Assembly: GCA_965649765.1 (NCBI GenBank)
Contig: OZ287752.1
Coordinates: forward strand, 57,908,001-57,972,000
Origin: Bispira polyomma
Lineage: Eukaryota
Reading direction: 5' to 3'
Length of the DNA: 64,000 bases
The position numbers were made by a program, and so were the translations under genes. Below the pieces are notes generated by a model. That model did no database searches, was not told the DNA's origin, and saw only the letters and a program-made list of their open reading frames with translations. Shown piece after piece: positions 14,471-29,100 of this stretch (position 1 is its first letter; every line of letters starts with the position of its first letter).

Positions 14471-17419
14471 AAAATACTTGTCATAACTGTTTCTCTGTTA
14501 TTATAGATTTAAGGACTACCCAATAACCCATGAAAAAATCAGGTATATATCGAATTTTACCACGATTGAAGGCATAGTAACACGAAGGTAAAACCTATGT
14601 GTTTCAATGCTTCCAATAGTCTGTTTTCTCTAACATGACAAATTAAAATAATTACCTAAATCCTAATATATTTACTGCAACATATTTATCTCAAATAGTA
14701 CGATCGTACATCGCCAGATCGTACTTGTGGAGACGTACACTTACTCGCTGGACATCAAGACTACGGATGAATACTGCCAATGTGTACATACAGAATTTTA
14801 TCGAAGCTTTCAGCCAATCAGAATGGCGTAGACAACCATGTCATCTTACAATGCTTATAACAATCATTTGTTTTCCCATCTATGTATGGAAATATTGACT
14901 GAGACAAAATAAAGTGTTGATAAAATAGCCAATCTCTTTAAGTAGATTTCTATGTAATGCTAGGGGAGATATGCTCAGAGCTTACACCTTGGCCGTAAAA
15001 ACAAAACAGGTTTGTTTTTAAAGTAACTTCATTGTATAAAGAACTAGGTCTTATGTCAAGGACACTAAAGACTGTATTTTTTTAAAAGTTTGAAACACTT
15101 TTAAGGTTTTGTTAGAAAAACATTGTACTAAAGTTACATGAACGAATAATTTTTCAAAATTTTTTTTTGAATTTTTGTTTAATTTGTTTAGACATTTAAG
15201 TCACACTCAATTTGGTTTAACATTAAGCTTAAATTGGGCAGTTTGTGGTTTTGTTATACAAATCTTGATTCGGAATGTTTTATAGGGGAAAAACAGGTGG
15301 AATTCTAGTCATATTTTTGTTGGAATCTACTTAATTACAGAACGCCCACGTCTTGAGAAACATGTTAAAGAGATTTCTCAATCAAGAGATGAAAAACAAT
15401 TTATCAGAGTTTTTTATTAACAGTTTAATTTGGCTCTATCTCATATGAAGAGTATTAATTTGGTATATGTGTGGTTACATGTGACACTTGTATCCTTTTG
15501 GTCTTAGGTTTGAACTTTCAAATGTTACAAATCACACATATTTCTAGTAAAGTGAGCTTATTTAGCTAAATTTGATATTTAGATCACTTGAAACACTTTT
15601 TGGTTTTAGTAAAACAGCTTCAACCCTATCTCTTCAAACTCGCCTACTGCCCTTAAATCCCTCCTATACACCCCACATCCTTCCTTGCGACCTGGGCTAG
15701 GTTTTTGGACTTCTTTATTGGTTAACTGATTCTGTTGTTTTGTGCTTTAAAAGATGCCTCGCATCAATAAGGTGCGTTAAAAATCCATAATACAATACAA
15801 TACCCCTGTAAATTTGGACACTGAAGATATTACAGCCTCATTTTTGAGCACATCTAAATGTTGTTACTTGTCAGTTGTCATCTGGGATACCAATTTTAAC
15901 AGGTGGATAATAACTTACTATTTTTGTACCATTTTGAGACAAACAAGATGGCTTGCATTATCCTACACACATTAAATATGTATAGGTAATGGTATACATT
16001 AGTCTACAGGTTATCTAAGGTTCTCAGTAACTGTTCTCTATTTTCACAACCTACTTAAATTACACCCCCCATCAGTTATATACTAATATCATGTGTGTTA
16101 TATTTTAGGGTTCTTTTTAATAACAAGGCACTTTCTTTAATGGGGGCAATCTCTGGGTGTAATTATATTTCTAATAAAAAATCTTGTAGCTGTTTAAATG
16201 CCACTCCTCAAATGTCACCCTTTTACCATTTCACTACACACTAAGAAGGATGGGGTACAGAATAAATTCGTGACCTACCCTTCCACCATAACCACCCGTA
16301 CTGAGATTTATTGATAGCTCATAACCCCACCCCCACCCCCACCCCACCCCACCCCGTTTTCTTCATTATTAATTATTAATTTCAACAAGATCAGTCAAGA
16401 ACTCCTTATTAACATTCCTTATAGTGCCAAAGGAAACCCCTACTCTTACAAGTAATTCCACTCACTGACTATTTGTAAAAGGAACTTTTCTTGTTTGACT
16501 TTTGACACACTGAGTGACCTCTGCTTTTACAAAGGACTCCAGACACACACATATACAATAAAGTCAGTTTTACTGCACCCTTGGGTGGAAATTATTTACG
16601 GCTGTGAAAAATAAAGGGTTTTTTTCTGTCTTGTGGGGTTTATTTTGTTGTTTTGTTTTTTGTTTTTTTTTTGTTTCTCTCTCTTGGCTGTAAAAGTGTG
16701 TAGGAGAGGGAATCAATGAGAGAATACAGTGAAATGTTACCATCCATCACCCGTCCTCCATAACAGTCTGCTATCCTTAAGACGTGAGCGGATTTTTACA
16801 CTGACAAAGTCAGATGAATAGGAAAGAAACCTGTCTGGTGAAAGGGGTTGGGAGGGGCAAGGGTGGGGTATTGTAGGGGGCGGGGTGTATGATAAAAGTG
16901 TGGATCAGAATAAACTGAACAGTTTGAAGCATTGGTGACTTAAAAAGGGTTTGTTGACTTTTGCTTTAGTACATATTGCACTGTATTTATCAAGAAAATG
17001 TCTTGGAGTTCATTTAGTAAATGTGACCTTAATGTTGTTATAACCTTATCATACAGTCCATACGTGAAACAACTCTCTTGAGATATTTGGGCAAAATCTC
17101 ACCATCCGAAAGATTTCCAAATGAGGTGTTCTCGGCCATTCATTACAGGTACAAAAATTTTAACGGAAATGAAAAGAACTAATAATTCGAATGAAGGCTA
17201 TCTAACAAAAAAAGTTAATTGTGGGATTTGCATCAGGGTCACATCCTTACTCTAAACCATGGTGACGAGGAAACTAATTTACATAACATACAAAAAAGAT
17301 ATAGAAAAGTAGAAACCTAATTTTTTCCTACAGGCATTTACAATAGGATTGCACTTTTTCGATGAAACTGAATTTTTGTAATAAGTATATTCTTATTGTA
17401 TATGACCCCATAGCTGGTA

Positions 17420-18400
17420 GTTAGGTTTAGTATTCTCTATAAGTCAATATTTGTCTCAGTCAATTTGATTGGCTGAAAATATTGTTTCGATAAATCTGAG
17501 TTATTGTAATAAGTATATTCGTATTGTATGTAACCTCATAGCTGGTAGTTAGGTTTAGTATTCGCCATAAGTCAATTTTAGTATTTTCCAGGTGCCCGGT
17601 TTATTATTCTTCATATGTCAGATTTAGTATTTTCCATATGTCAGGTTTAGTATTCAAAATATGTCAGGTTTGGTACTCACCATTTATCAGGTTTAGTATT
17701 CCCCACATGTCAGGTTTAGTATTCACCATATGTCAGGTTTAGTATTCAAAACATGTCAGGTTTAGTATTCAAAACATTTTAGGTTTAGTATTCCCCACTT
17801 GTCAGGTTATGTATTCCCAACTTGTCGGGTTTAGTATTCTCTATATGTCAATTCTTCATATGTCATGTTTGTGGTACTTTCGACCACCCTCGTAAGTATG
17901 GTATACCACTGGTGAGCTTGTGGTCACCAACGGTTAGCGTTCTTGTGTTTGTGCACACATGAGGCATGAATTTCTCTCTACCCATGTGGTGTTCACATTT
18001 ATAATGTAAAAATGTAGTAAATATGAAGAAAAAGTTGAACCTGTTGTATTTAATTAAATTATTAGGGAGATTTATGTTGATAATATTTTATAAAAATCGC
18101 TGTCACAATAAAATTTCAAACAAATCTCTTCAACCGTATTTGTCAGGTTTGGTATTCTTCACATTTCAGGTTTAGTATTTTCTATAAGTCAATTCTAGTA
18201 TTCTCCAAATGTCAGATTTAGTATTCTCCATATGTCTGGTTTAGTATTCAAAACATGCCAGGTTTAGTATTCCCCATAAGTCAATTCAACTATTATCCAT
18301 ATGTTAGGCTAGTAATGCACATATGCACTGTTTGGTATTCTCCATAAGGCATTTTTAATAGTAGCCATATATTTTAGGATCAGTATTCTCCATTTCTCAG
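17420..18400. repeat. 23-bp minisatellite (ATGTCAGGTTTAGTATTCTCCAT) in two blocks, ~17420-17870 and ~18140-18400
   Basis: Repeated TCAGGTTTAGTATTC at 23-bp period. A ~70-bp duplication (17378-17450 vs 17503-17578) sits at the left edge. Confidence 0.9.
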
Positions 18401-20103
18401 GCAAATTCTTATGTTTAGAGGGATTTGTTTTCTTTGCACCCCCCCCCCCCCCCCCGCCTTTAAAATACTCTGCTATTATTCTGTGTGTACCTCAGTAAAC
18501 CTATTGTTAAGCCTGGTATCCTAATTGAAAGACAGCGGCCAACACTAGTGGACTACTCAGTGAGTAGATTCCTTATTGCCTTCACTATGACACAAGGATG
18601 TCACAGGCAGCCAACTGTGTAATGTACTTCCTACTTCTGTCAGTCTAGTTCAGGAGAGATGACCTAGTTCTACTGTGTAATGGACCTACTACTCTAGTCT
18701 CTAGGTTACCAGTGTGTGCTACATCAACTACATCCACAAACTGTCTCCTGTTGAGGTACAATTACTGTAGAACCTCCATTATCCCACCAGAACGGGGGAA
18801 AGAATGCTAGTGGATGTGGTAATGTTTAGCTGCAGAATGTATGGGTAGTTATAGTTGAACTATAAATAGGCTGCACAATGCAAGCAAAACAGTAAAATGA
18901 TATTTATACTAGGAATATTTTTTTTTTTTTTTGGCTTTTTAAGCCAATGAGTGGGGAGAGTGAAACCCAACAGGCTCTTGTATGGCGGTACTGGCTTAGA
19001 ATAAGTTAAAGATGTGTTGGACATTCATTGGCACTAAAAACTGAAGTCATGGGGAGGAATTCTTTATAGCAATATACTACTTCCACCAAAATTCTTTTTA
19101 CATTATATCATTATACATCAATCAGAACCATAATGAAATATATATACTTGAAGATTAGGACAAAATATTCAGTTAAGGTGACCCTAAGCATTGTTATTTT
19201 TGTTTTAAACATTATAGTCAAGCGGAGGTGTGAATTAAGGAGGGCCATAGGTAGTGATAAAAATGGATCTATGTTACTGGTTTTAGAGATAACCTCCTAC
19301 TCAACTGTCCCACAAACTCATGGATCCTATTCTCCAAATAGTTCAAGCCAGCTCAAACACGAGCTCAGAAAAATCGGAGGTGGCATTCTACGCACATCTC
19401 TGGCTAGAATAAATCAAGATAACGTCTAATCATATATTTGAATTCAATGCTGGAAGCCATATTAAATTGAATGGTTACAAGTATAGGTTATTTTCATGTA
19501 ACGTAAAGGAATAACAGATGGCCTTTATTTGAGTCTGAGTTACTTTAAAGAATACAGGCCTTGAGCCAATGGTTTTGAGGTTGATGTTTCATATTCGTGA
19601 GGAGGGAATCTATTGGCCTTGATAATGGATATAGATAGCCAGTAATGTGAGCATAGAACAGCTGAAAGCCTATAAAGGAGTTTATACTGGATGAGGAGGG
19701 GGAGAATGGTTAATATATAGGACTTGATATCTATTTGGATAACATCTAACACCCCCACTAACTGAAATGTGTATACAGCTCGTAAACTGGCATTGTCAGT
19801 AATAAGTCTGATTTACTGCTTGGTTTATTGAGTCTTTTTTTTTTTTGGTAGGGGGAGATAAAATAGTCTATGTATATCTATCATTTAGTGATTACATACA
19901 TGTGTTATGCATCAATGATTTTAAAAAAGTTTATAAATATGTAGCTTTCTTACTTTGTTAGATACAGATAAGGCATTCGATGTAACAACTCCCTTTTTTT
20001 TACCGCATATTTTAAATATCATCATTATTTGGTGGCAAATATTACATTAATTTTGCACTGATTATCATTAGCACATAAAAAATAAGTACAATTTTATAAT
20101 ATA

Positions 20104-20350
20104 TTATTACCTTCACCAAAGAGGTTTTGTTTTGACCTTAAATTCTATGTTACTTTTTTTTTATTTGTGACCAGGATTACACAAAAACCACTGAACTGTT
20201 TTAAATAAAAATTATGTAGAACAATCAGTCATGAGCAAGTGATGATCCATTGAATTTTCAACTGAACCCAGATGGAATTTTTTTCTCTAATTATTTTTAA
20301 ATTGTAGAATCTCTGCAGAGGTATGCCCTCCACACATCATCACTCTAGTT
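20104..20350 (+). mobile_element. Non-autonomous Helentron/HINE-like element, degenerate
   Basis: Starts TTATTACCTTCACCAAAGAGGTTTTGTTTT and ends GCAGAGGTATGCCCTCC...CTCTAGTT, the usual end architecture of this element type. A reverse-oriented 5' end is near 32880-32952. Confidence 0.5.
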
Positions 20351-20978
20351 TTATTTATGTATATAACACATGTATTAATAATATAAAACCAACTGTATGT
20401 ACTTTTTAGTATAAATCTCCACACAAAAAAAATATGTGGGTGAGAAATTAATATACACACCCTGACTTCTTGAGGGTCACTGAGATAAATTATGACCCAA
20501 TATAACTGGCCTGAGGTCATGCTGAGAATAAGAAAAGACACTCATGTACAACATAACAACATTCTTGTTTTTTAAAGTTATTCCCACTGTCAGAACCAAC
20601 TGTTGTATCTCCCTTATAGTCCACAGTTTAATGCTATAATTGAATATTTTAACAATTTGTGCCATTTGGTTATTGTCGTTGAAAATCAATATAAATTAAA
20701 CTTTTAACAAGGAATTTATATTCAGTATCACAAATCATTAGCTTAAATAGCTCAAATTAATGCCTAGTCAAAATGTCCACTCACAAAATATATCCAAAAC
20801 CTTTCTTATGGCAGCAACAGGGGAACTTTGTGTATTGATTTTATGCTAGTAATAATAATTTGATAATAAGGTAATGATATGTACCATCTTGAGTGAATCT
20901 TTAGTCAAGTTAGATAGTGCTCAATGCATCCATAAGACCTTTTAGGAACCTTAGTTTAGCCTAGCAATGGATATTCCT

Positions 20979-21263
20979 ATATTGTTATACATGTCACTGA
21001 ACACCACACTTAATCATTGTGTAAAATAATCTCAAGGTATTAGAAGAATGTATGCATGTAGTATTGTGTGTAGTATCAGAGACACGTGAGCTATTTGTCA
21101 CAGATTGAATTCTTGAATATTGTTATATTGCTACACATGTCACTGGACACCACACTTAATCATTGTGTAAAATAATCTCAAAGTATTAGAAGAATGTATG
21201 CATGTAGTATTGTGTGTAGTATCAGAGACACGTGAGCTATTTGTCACAGATTGAATTCTTGAA
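20979..21263. repeat. Near-perfect tandem duplication, period ~146 bp
   Basis: CATGTCACTG(A/G)ACACCACAC...GATTGAATTCTTGAA occurs twice (anchors 20990 and 21136). Confidence 0.95.
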
Positions 21264-21894
21264 AACTACATATCAGTAAAACCACCAACAAATTTGTCCT
21301 TAGTATACTGCCGCAACCAGGTAAACCACCCAATACTAAAATCTAGTTTTCTTAGTGTTTGATTGTAATTCACACTTCTTTATACTTTTATGTACCACTT
21401 TTATCATGAAAGCCATGTTCTTTTTTGAAATCACAAATAATATATGTATCTGGTTTCAGTACAAATATTTTACATTGCAGTACAAGGATTTATAAAAACC
21501 GATTGGGATACTTAAATTTATGTTATAATGGCATCACAAATGTGAATCAGAAAACTTGTTCTCACTTTCAGCACGTGGATTACAAGTGAAAAGATTAACT
21601 AACCCTTATATCCATCCTATACTACTTACCCCCAAAAAGCCTTATATGTATTACAAGAAAATAAACAAACATGGCAGGGATTTTTAAAATACAACAATCA
21701 TTCAAGGTATGCTTTAGCTGATCTTACCTACTACAACTTGGTGTTAAACATACAACTGACTTCTCTTAAGACTCAAGATGATTTTTTCTATATTTCTGGC
21801 TCAGATGACTAGAGGGCCTATTATACTTGTGAGCCACCCTGTTTAGATCCATTAAGAAATGGGGTTATCAGTGTGTCACGGAAGCCCTGGTGTG

Positions 21895-23771
21895 ATCACT
21901 TTGACGTCAATTAGCTTATATCTAGAATACTCCATACCACTGTGGCTATTTACTCAGATACACACATATTCTGGATGGCTTCACTTGTCAACAAATAGAC
22001 AAATGCATAGACTTACTACTCATGTCACCGTTTATATAGAAGTCATATTAGAACATATATTTGTCATCATTAACTAAGAACTACTTAGACAGGAACAGTT
22101 ATTTTGTATCTAAATAGCTAACATACTTAAAGTTAAGCAACTTAATAGCAAAACACCTAACCTACTTTTATGCTAAACTATAGCTTTGACAATACCTTAA
22201 AGCTAATATTTCTTCCGAGTATCAATTTAAGATGTCTTTTTAATTAGTTTATTATGTTTTTTGGGTTCAAATAAAATGTGACAAGCAATGTCTGTGGTTC
22301 ATATAACGGATATTGAAAGACATTGCAGTTCTGTGTCTAATTAACCTCAAGTTAATGTGAAGTGATCTGGTTTTAGGCTAACTTATTTGATGAAAAAAAG
22401 CTTAGCCAGCCAAACTACTTTCTTGATTAAAAAGTGTGAAAGTATTTTTTTCAGCTTCTCCCAAGAATGTATTACATCACGGAGTTATGACATAAAGACA
22501 ATATCATCAGCACAGAAGAAGATTTATATTTTCCCATTTAATTTCTTTATGGAAAGAGGGGGTGGTAAAAGGTGGCTAGTGTGGCTTTGATATTGAAAGG
22601 AAATCTGGTTTTGACTCCTTTCTACTGCAGTTCTGCTCATACTAAAGGGCTTCATTGCTGAAATATTTATAAAACTAAACCAGCATTTTTTTTGTTGTAA
22701 ACCATTAAACTCTCCTCTCTTTCACTAACAGAGCTTGGTCGTTAAGTACTGGCAGTATTACAATAAAAACGATCTTAGCTGACATTTTTACATGGAGAAG
22801 AGATAAAGCTAAGAGGGGGCAATGTTCTGATATAATAGGAGTCCTATTGTTGAGTGTATTTGACCTCCTGTGGTGGAGACAGAAATCACAGGCCATCACC
22901 CTTTGCTAACTGACTCTTCTTTAACAGTGTCTTGATGTTTTAACAAGACCATAAACCAGTCGTCTTTATGTCATGTAAATATAAAAGCTGCCACAACAAC
23001 ATGTATGGGTGTTATTATCTGCTGAAACGAATTGGATAAAAGGTTAACTTTTTTAGATGGAATTTGTTTTATTTTTAACAGTGTATTAACAAATTTTTTT
23101 TACATATAAGAAACTCACAGAAATTTATGACTAAATCTTCTGGGTATTGAACAATTGAGAGATAACCATCCTTGCTTCCTTGTTTGGGAAGTTGTTTGAC
23201 ATTCTTGACATGATGATGTAGACAACTTATGTAAATACAACAACACTAATTAGTATCAGTGAAGCAGACTTATGTTTCCTCAAGGGCTAAATAGAGATGC
23301 AAGATGTTTTTTTGGCACTGGGGAGTCTTTAAATAAGAGAGTCTTAAATAAGAAGCAGGATGTTATAAGTGTCTCTTATCTGGAAACAGTTTTAATTTAT
23401 CTTTACACATTCTCCTGTGTCCTAGTTCTTAGAGAGTAAGTCTGGTGATCAGAAGTTCCCCAGTTAACTGCAAGTGGGTGAGTCGGTTTGATGATTGGAA
23501 GGTCTCGGTTCGACTCCAGCTTATGTCGCTAGGTTCATTGGTGGGATTAATATCCCTGGGAGGAGATGTTAATACACTATTGCCTACTAAGTAAACCATG
23601 ACAAATATATGTTCTAATATGACTTCTATATAAACAGAGACATGAGTATCACAGTTAGTTTATTTATCTGCCCAATTGTTGATAACTCAAGCCATCTAGA
23701 ATATCTGTTCATCTGAGTAAATAACCACAGTATAAGTATTCTAGAAATGAGCTAATTGACGTCAAAGTGAT
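21895..23771. repeat. Pair of ~175-bp inverted repeats (21895-22068 and 23598-23771) about 1.5 kb apart
   Basis: ATCACTTTGACGTCAATTAGC...TATATAGAAGTCATATTAGAACATATATTTGTCAT is matched by its reverse complement in the second arm. Confidence 0.88.
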
Positions 23772-24274
23772 TGCTTTAGAAGATACCTCTCGCCAATTAA
23801 GCATGTTTAAAGTATATAATGCAATACAATAATAATATACAATCTTCAAGGCATAATTACTCATACAAGCCAAGAAAAAGTAAAGACACAAAAAGTAAAA
23901 ATAATTTGAAATACTAGGCAGAGACTTAGTAGTTAGAAGCTTCTGCTTCACACAATTACTGATCTCTCACCTCTGAGGACGGTGGTAGAAATTCCACTGG
24001 TTCCTGCATGCGAGAGAGTAAGTAAGGTCCTTCTTACAAACCAGTGGTTGACCTCACATTTTGTTTTCTTACAAATATGACGTAGGTTGTTGAGTGTGAC
24101 ATTTGATTGTTAAGTAAAATTATACACAAAACTGGCTGGCAGTTTAAAACAGCAATATGTTACTTTTTTGGTACAATTTGAAAATTAGTGCTGATAATAA
24201 CATATTTTAAAGACAATCTTATAATACTTTGTCATGAAGGGAACTAAGTCTTGTGTTTTGTATTGTATGTGGTT

Positions 24275-24730
24275 TACATCATGTGTTTTGACATGTGTTT
24301 TGACATATGAAACATGTGTTTTACATCCCAATACAAATGTGTTTTAACATCTCAAACATGTATTTTACATCTTATAAATATGTGTTTTGACATCTAAAGC
24401 ATGTGTTTTACATCTAAAACATATATGTTTTGACATCTAAATCGTGTGTTTTACATCTAATACATATGTGTTTTAACATCTCAAACATGTATTTTATATC
24501 CAATATATATGTGTTTTGACATCTAAAACATGTGTTTTACATCTAAAACTTTTATGTTTTAACATCTCAAACGTGTGTTTTACATCTAAAACATATGTGT
24601 TTTGACATCTGAAACATGTGTTTTACATCTAAAACATATGTGTTTTGACATCTGAAACATGTGTTTTACATCTAAAACATATGTGTTTTGATACCTGTAA
24701 CATGTGTTTTGACATCTAAAACAGTTTAAC
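24275..24730. repeat. 20-23-bp minisatellite with alternating units (CATCTAAAACATATGTGTTTTGA / CATCTGAAACATGTGTTTTA)
   Basis: Direct repetition visible; each unit carries the quasi-palindrome AAAACAT(AT)GTGTTTT. Confidence 0.92.
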
Positions 24731-25597
24731 TTCTGTTTTATATCTATTACACGTGTTCCGCCTCAGCATTACAGTAAGAGAAATACACAGACAGAACGGA
24801 CCTTATTAATCCATTCATTTGGCTAAGTCTAATGAACTTCACCTGTACTGTGTATATTGAGTTAACAAATAAAGCATAAAAACTCATTTACACTTACCAC
24901 ATAGCCGCTTGGTGATGCAGGAAATCAACCTTTTCGTAGATTACTGGGTCTTTTTTCACAAAACAGATCTTGATAACATCTTACAACCTTTTATTGTACT
25001 TTACGAGGGTTGCTCATGGGGCTAAGTTTGTTTGCAGAAAAGGTTATCCAATATATAATGCCATGTCTCGTGTAACATGAAAAATTACTGTCTGTTACAT
25101 GGAGTTCTTGTTTTATTTTTTTCTGTAGAATTTCATTTGTTTTTCAATTGTCTGATTAAGTGGAAATGTGAGAATTAGCAAGGCGGTAAAGGACAATAGC
25201 TTTCAATATGGTTATAGATAAGCAATTAACTTAAATAAGAGGCTACCAACCCTAAAAGACTTAATAAAAATACGAAAGTGATTTAAAATACTGGAACCGA
25301 ATCTACCGATAGTGTTGGTTTAAAAAATAATAGTACCATAATCAAGTTTTATATGTATTATCTTTTACCATGAAGACCAGATGTATTAATTAAAATAGGC
25401 TAATGATTCACAAAAACCCTACTACATACATTTATTGTAATTGGTTTTTAATAGAAGCACCGATCGGATCTGCACTCTCTTTGTTCTGTTAAGGCCTGAC
25501 TACACATTACGACATGGTACGACACGGTATAGCACACCAGTACTATTTAGATCAAACATGACACAACACTACATAATCCATATAAAATGAAATGAGA

Positions 25598-25910
25598 CAT
25601 TTATTATAGCACACTTATACTACACAGGACTGTTTCAAATGCGCTTCCTCATGAGCAGTTAATACGGGCGCTGAGCCTTACTTGAGGATAACAATTTAAC
25701 AACATACCTAAGGATCTTTAATTTGCTACTAGAGATAGAACTCATTGACAGAGGACCGATATTTTAAGTGGTCATCCGAGCTACTAGGTAACTTTATGTT
25801 CACATCTTACCCAGGGATGTTATCCAACTAAATGAAACTAGTGACCGGTACGTGTAATAGAACCTGGGACCTTCAGATCATCAGATCAGCACCCTAACCA
25901 CTAGACCATG
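25598..25910 (-). mobile_element. tRNA-derived SINE with Nin/Deu-like central domain
   Basis: Minus-strand head TGGTCTAGTGGTTAGGGTG...CCAGGTTCTA; central GGATCTTTAA...AGGACCG...TTTAAG..TCATCCGA resembles the Nin/Deu domain. Related plus-strand heads at ~23475-23590 and ~27590-27790. Confidence 0.6.
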
Positions 25911-25916
25911 GTGGAT

Positions 25917-26168
25917 TTGAATTTTAATATTTAACGTCCACTCTAGTATCTGTTTTGGTTATATTGGGATGGGTAGTTTGAAACGCTGGAGGAAACACCG
26001 CATACAGTTGATCAAGGTTCTGCACGGAAACCAGCTGCCCACAGTAAGGAACTACCACCTTTCCCACATAGGAATTGACTGGAGTCGAACCCACGCCAGC
26101 TCATCCCAGAGGTGAGAGACCAGCGATTGTGAAGCGCAATGCTTGCTAACCACTAGGCCACCGCGGCC
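25917..26168 (-). mobile_element. tRNA-derived SINE, family B (young), with 11-bp TSD CCATGGTGGAT
   Basis: Head GGGCCGCGGTGGCCTAGTGGTTAG and B box GGTTCGACTCC. TSD at 25906-25916 and 26169-26179. Close copies at ~41338 and ~58997. Confidence 0.9.
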
Positions 26169-29100
26169 CCATGGTGGATCACACAAATGTAACAAAGCAA
26201 TAAAATTGAGATTTTACGCAAAGACAGAAATTGTTTTAGAGATTTCTCCAAGTTAAAATTGCCATGTTGTGTAGTGTCTTAAGCAGTCTATAATCTTTAA
26301 ATATTTCCTAATTTGTTTTCGTGTAGTCTAGTCAGTCGTCCATAAAGGCCTTGAGAACTGGAATATGCCCAAACTTTATCATTACTATGGATATCACATG
26401 TCATGTGATGTCATATAATCGCCTTTTGACCAATTCAAGTCCCTGGATTAGCTGCTGAGGTGTACTAATAATAGTACATGTTCTATTGACGCAAACTCTG
26501 CGATATATTCGCTTAGCACACTACCGCCAAACTTTATGACTGTGTCACCAATAACAATTTCCACACAAGTTGAGGAGCTGGTTGGTCTACATCCTTGTAA
26601 CATCTTCTGTCAAGTAAACTATCTCTGCAAAGGTCAACACACTACATAACCATTGCACATATAAAGTGTGTTCATTTGTCACACGGCAGTAGACAGTTTA
26701 CAAAAGGATGACATCACAAAGAGAAAAAAGCTAGAAGTTTGCCTAAAGTATGACAATTTTTTTTTTTTTTTTTTTTTTGGTATTCTTGTGATACTTAACT
26801 ATTGTTGTTAATATATTTATAATATTTTTTCAAAGTGGGCGATGTATAAAAAGAAATATTAAAGGAACCTTTAGAGTGTAAATAGGGTTGTTTTAATGTT
26901 TATTTTATTTGTAAGTAAGGTTATGTTTGTATCCATGTAGATCACTGTTAATTGTAATAATACTGTAAAGTGCACACATATACAATTTATCGATACTGTG
27001 TAGTTCTTGCATGAATACTTGAATATGTCTATTTTCTAGAAGAGATACTTGTACATTTATTGTGGCTGCTCCCTGTGGTCTTCCGTGGCCTACTGGTTTT
27101 AGGGAGTTGATCTGGTATTCTCTAATCTAATCTAATCAAGTCCCTTTTTAGGTGCTAAATCATTCCTCTGGGAGAACTTAAAGTGCCATAACACACTCAT
27201 CACAGGTAAACTTCATAATATGAGGGACATAGCCACAGTTGTCAACAAAAACGACTAACATTCAGCCAAGGGAAAACAAGGGCTGTATTGGAAAGGCTTC
27301 ATTGACAAGATAAGATTTGAGATGTTTTCTAAATGAGAAAATGCTCTTTGCTTGAAATAAGCTCATGCTAATATGATATGTGTGGAAATCTTTCTGCATT
27401 AAATTAACCTGTACTTATGACCATTAATTTTAGTAAATATAAAGTTAGATATATTTACTGTGTACACATAGTTAGATATATTAACTGTGCAGTGCCTCCA
27501 AAATCAGTGGTGAACACAGGTAAGTAAAAAGTTTCTTCTTGGGAAATATTAGTTTTATTCTATATTAGCCTCTACAAATATATACACACTAGAGTTAGTC
27601 TGGTAATTTGAAGGTTCCTGGTTCGACTCATGCTAATGCCACTTTGTTAGTCGGTGCAATAACATCCTTTGGTAAGATGTGAACACGCCACTGTCTGCAG
27701 ATGACGACCTTGTCTATGTTGCATAGGGTATCCCTTTGAAAAATCAGCACCTCAGAGGAGTGTATATCAATAAAGGCACTATCTAAATCCTCCATAATAA
27801 TCATAAAAACTTAAGCAGGTCATGTTGTCGATTTTGGGTGATAACTTTGTTAAATAGAAATCATAGTTTACACACATACACTAGTAAATTACCAAAATAA
27901 TGGTGCAATAAACACCAGGTTCAACATATTTACTTCAGTATTGTATTGAAGCAGTAGTTTACATCTAACAGCTTTGAAAAAAGGCAGGTCAGAGGGAGGT
28001 GAATGCTGGTTTATGTAAGTCTATTGTACACTCTAACACTTTTGCGAGTCTATTCCGGTTCTGAGTGACATTCCAGGCTGTAGTAATAACCATTTTGATT
28101 GGACCTACTTTCTAATTAGGTCAGCATATGATGCGTTAATAAACACAAGAATCCCAGAAACAATAAAAAAAATGGTGTGTTAGCTTTTTTAACATAACAA
28201 TTTGTATGTCTAGATAAATTCTTTCATTTTTCTTATATGAAATAAAATTTTAACTATTAGTCCATCTATTACAAGAAAAATATATATTAACTATAAATAT
28301 AAAACAAATATTAACATGGACCACAATAAAACAACATATGTGTTTTCATGCATATTATCAATAATTATCTACACTTCCGCTACATGGTTTCTCAACACCC
28401 GTCATACAAGATGGCGGCTCCCAGCTAACGATCATGTTAGCAGGTCTCCGACCAAAAAAAATACACAATACAAAATGTGTTGTCGTGGTTGTTGTATTTT
28501 TTGTCTCCTCTAGTAATTTATATCTTCTTGGTTACTACTCTACATAGGCCTTGTAAAATGTAGGCTTACCTCCCTATCTGGACTAAGTCTGAGTTATGAA
28601 TTCATTTACAGGCAGGATTTGTAAGCTGTTGAGTGTTAAGTTATTGGGTCGTTATAAGGATAAACAGGGGGGATTTGAAGACAGAGAAAATACATTTGTT
28701 ACACAAAGGGGGGTTGAAGTACTGAGGGAGATATTTAAGTAATTTGTGCTGTTGGCCAAGGAATAAACACAAGCCTAATTTTGTAACAAAAAAGATATAC
28801 AGAACTTGTAATAAACTGCCCTATGTGGTACTGTTTCTTAACACATGCTTGTAAGCTAACATAGAATGACCTTGGAGACCAATCTATTTAAACTTAAGTA
28901 ATTGAAATATCGTCTATATTTAATATAGGCACCAATGCCACTTGAATAATAGTGACAAATAAGCCACTTATAATCTTATAGTATGTTTATATTAATGTTT
29001 AATAGTTTACCCTTTCTTATACATGCCACTGTGCCATTGTGTAATAGATGAATGAATAAAACTAATGCAGGTAAAATATAAACAGTAGAAATGTGAGAAC

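Noticed and set aside
26080-26170. tRNA genes at A-box/B-box motifs (also ~3730-3780, ~41510-41590, ~59340-59425)
   Set aside because: They are heads of multi-copy SINEs with body, tail and TSD; no complete cloverleaf is evident.
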